NCBI GenBank assembly: GCA_044376225.1
Contig: JBILLF010000003.1
Location: 2,754-66,753 of the forward strand
DNA length: 64,000 bases
Reading direction: 5' to 3'
Source: Patescibacteria group bacterium
GTDB lineage: Bacteria > Bacteroidota > Ignavibacteria > Kapaibacteriales > Kapaibacteriaceae
This document shows, in pieces, positions 63,202 to 64,000 of this stretch. The translations under genes were made by a program, and so were the position numbers. The notes under the pieces were generated by a model. It was not told the origin of the DNA. It saw only the letters and a program-made list of their open reading frames with translations, and did not search any database. Within the stretch, counting starts at the first letter, position 1. Each line of letters begins with the position of its first letter.

Positions 63202-64000
63202 GTGAACATCAGCATCAAGAACCAACTTCAGCGATGCCTGCGCGACATTGCCGAATCATCAAATATCTCTGACGCGAATGACATCTTTCATGATCGCAGT
63301 CAGGGCTGTGTTGACGATGGAGGCATCATCGTTGACCGTGTCGCTGAGGTTCTGCGTGACGTCGGCATTGCCGTAAGTGTCCACAATCCGGGTGGTTCGA
63401 TACCACATCTTGCCTACGGAATAGTGTGGTCGGATCAACGTGGCGACTTGCATCGTGCATATCGAACAGGTTCATCACAGTATTCCGTTCACGATTACGG
63501 ATCCGGCACTGAAGCGGCTTATTCATTTGCTGATATTATCGAACTCGTAAAGCCATTCACGTGCATTGTTGTGCCGATCATCGCACGCTCATTTCTGAAC
63601 ATGACTGGCAAGTCTGCTCCAGGTCATGCCGATGGTTATGGTACCACAGCACCATCAGGCTACTCCCCTTCGGTAAAATTCCGGACTGTATGGCCGTTGA
63701 TGAAGAACATCATCGCAACAGAACGTCGGGATATTCTCATCGTCGTGGTGTATTCAATTTTTGTCAGCCTTCTTGGGCTCGTCGTACCACTGAGCAGTCA
63801 GGCCATCGTAAATGCAGTCGCGCTTGGTGTGTTCAGCCGTCAGTTGGTCGTGCTTTGCATCGTCGTTTTCTTCTCCATGATCGTAACTGCGGTTATGGTT
63901 GTCTTTGAGCGTCATTTAATCGACATCATTCAGCGACGATTGTTCGTGACCACGGCTTTTGACATTGTTCACCGCATCCCAAAGATTCGGGAGGATGCTG
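63202..64000 (+). CDS. ABC exporter (HlyB/bacteriocin-exporter-like), N-terminal part only: a C39-peptidase-like domain of about 140 aa followed by the first TM helices. It runs off the right edge.
   Basis: In my own translation the frame is open from 63160 to 64000, with a GTG at 63202 and a TTG at 63196. The TMD start is WPLMKNIIATERRDILIVVVYSIFVSLLGLVVPLSSQAIVNAVALGVF...FERHLIDIIQRRLFVTTAFDIVHRIPKIRED. The upstream segment ...HLAYGIVW...QYSVHDYGSGTEAAYSFADIIELVKPFTCIVVP resembles the C-terminal half of C39 domains. It is not in the ORF track because it has no stop. Confidence 0.6.
   Translation, partial: MNISIKNQLQRCLRDIAESSNISDANDIFHDRSQGCVDDGGIIVDRVAEVLRDVGIAVSVHNPGGSIPHLAYGIVWSDQRGDLHRAYRTGSSQYSVHDYGSGTEAAYSFADIIELVKPFTCIVVPIIARSFLNMTGKSAPGHADGYGTTAPSGYSPSVKFRTVWPLMKNIIATERRDILIVVVYSIFVSLLGLVVPLSSQAIVNAVALGVFSRQLVVLCIVVFFSMIVTAVMVVFERHLIDIIQRRLFVTTAFDIVHRIPKIREDA

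Noticed and set aside
63259-63908. ORFs 63259-63453 (-), 63326-63526 (-) and 63561-63908 (+, 115 aa)
   Set aside because: A different + frame is open across the whole 63160-64000 interval and translates into a convincing ABC-exporter TM region. The listed ORFs have implausible Cys/His/Arg-rich translations.

Overview
This 64 kb window is a densely packed chromosomal segment: about 50 protein genes, one tRNA and very little non-coding DNA, with many 1-4 nt start/stop overlaps. It probably comes from an FCB-superphylum bacterium (Bacteroidota/Ignavibacteriota-like). That inference rests on two proteins ending in T9SS-type C-terminal sorting domains, SBBP and choice-of-anchor-like exoproteins, and TAnnTTTG-type promoter boxes. 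All family calls come from reading motifs by eye in the supplied translations and in my own translations; no searches were run.

Content:
- Housekeeping and repair: biotin carboxylase (partial), mutS2, yqeY, def, rsmG, nth, an rluE-like gene, queA, truA, msrB, uvrB, uvrA, an M32 carboxypeptidase, an ALDH, and NUDIX, SRPBCC and SMUG-like UDG genes.
- Envelope genes: GT2, GT4 and GT39-like glycosyltransferases, and a wzz-like / wzy-like / mrdA / solute-binding lipoprotein operon.
- A DUF4159 plus DUF4175-like (Bat/aerotolerance-type) pair.
- A variant System I cytochrome c maturation operon (ccmC-D-E-E'-F) sitting behind tRNA-Thr.
- A seven-gene efflux operon (TolC-TetR-DevBCA-like-MFP-RND).
- A partial C39-like ABC exporter at the right edge.

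I saw no rRNA, CRISPR array, transposase, integrase or phage genes.

The most interesting candidate is a translationally coupled surface module at 13.7-25.2 kb. Two paralogous barrel + double-OmpA proteins bracket a 1447-aa VWA-WD40-Ig T9SS cargo, followed by a GT4 and an FCGBP-N-like exoprotein. I do not recognise this arrangement as a named system.

Secondary points:
- A CXXXY-type CcmE with two extra CcmE-like OB-fold genes, plus a ccmD small ORF missing from the ORF track.
- mrdA coupled to wzy/wzz-like genes rather than to a visible rodA.
- A strikingly Met-rich coiled coil in the DUF4175-like protein.
- A recurrent CGTAWYTTTGCC promoter-like box.
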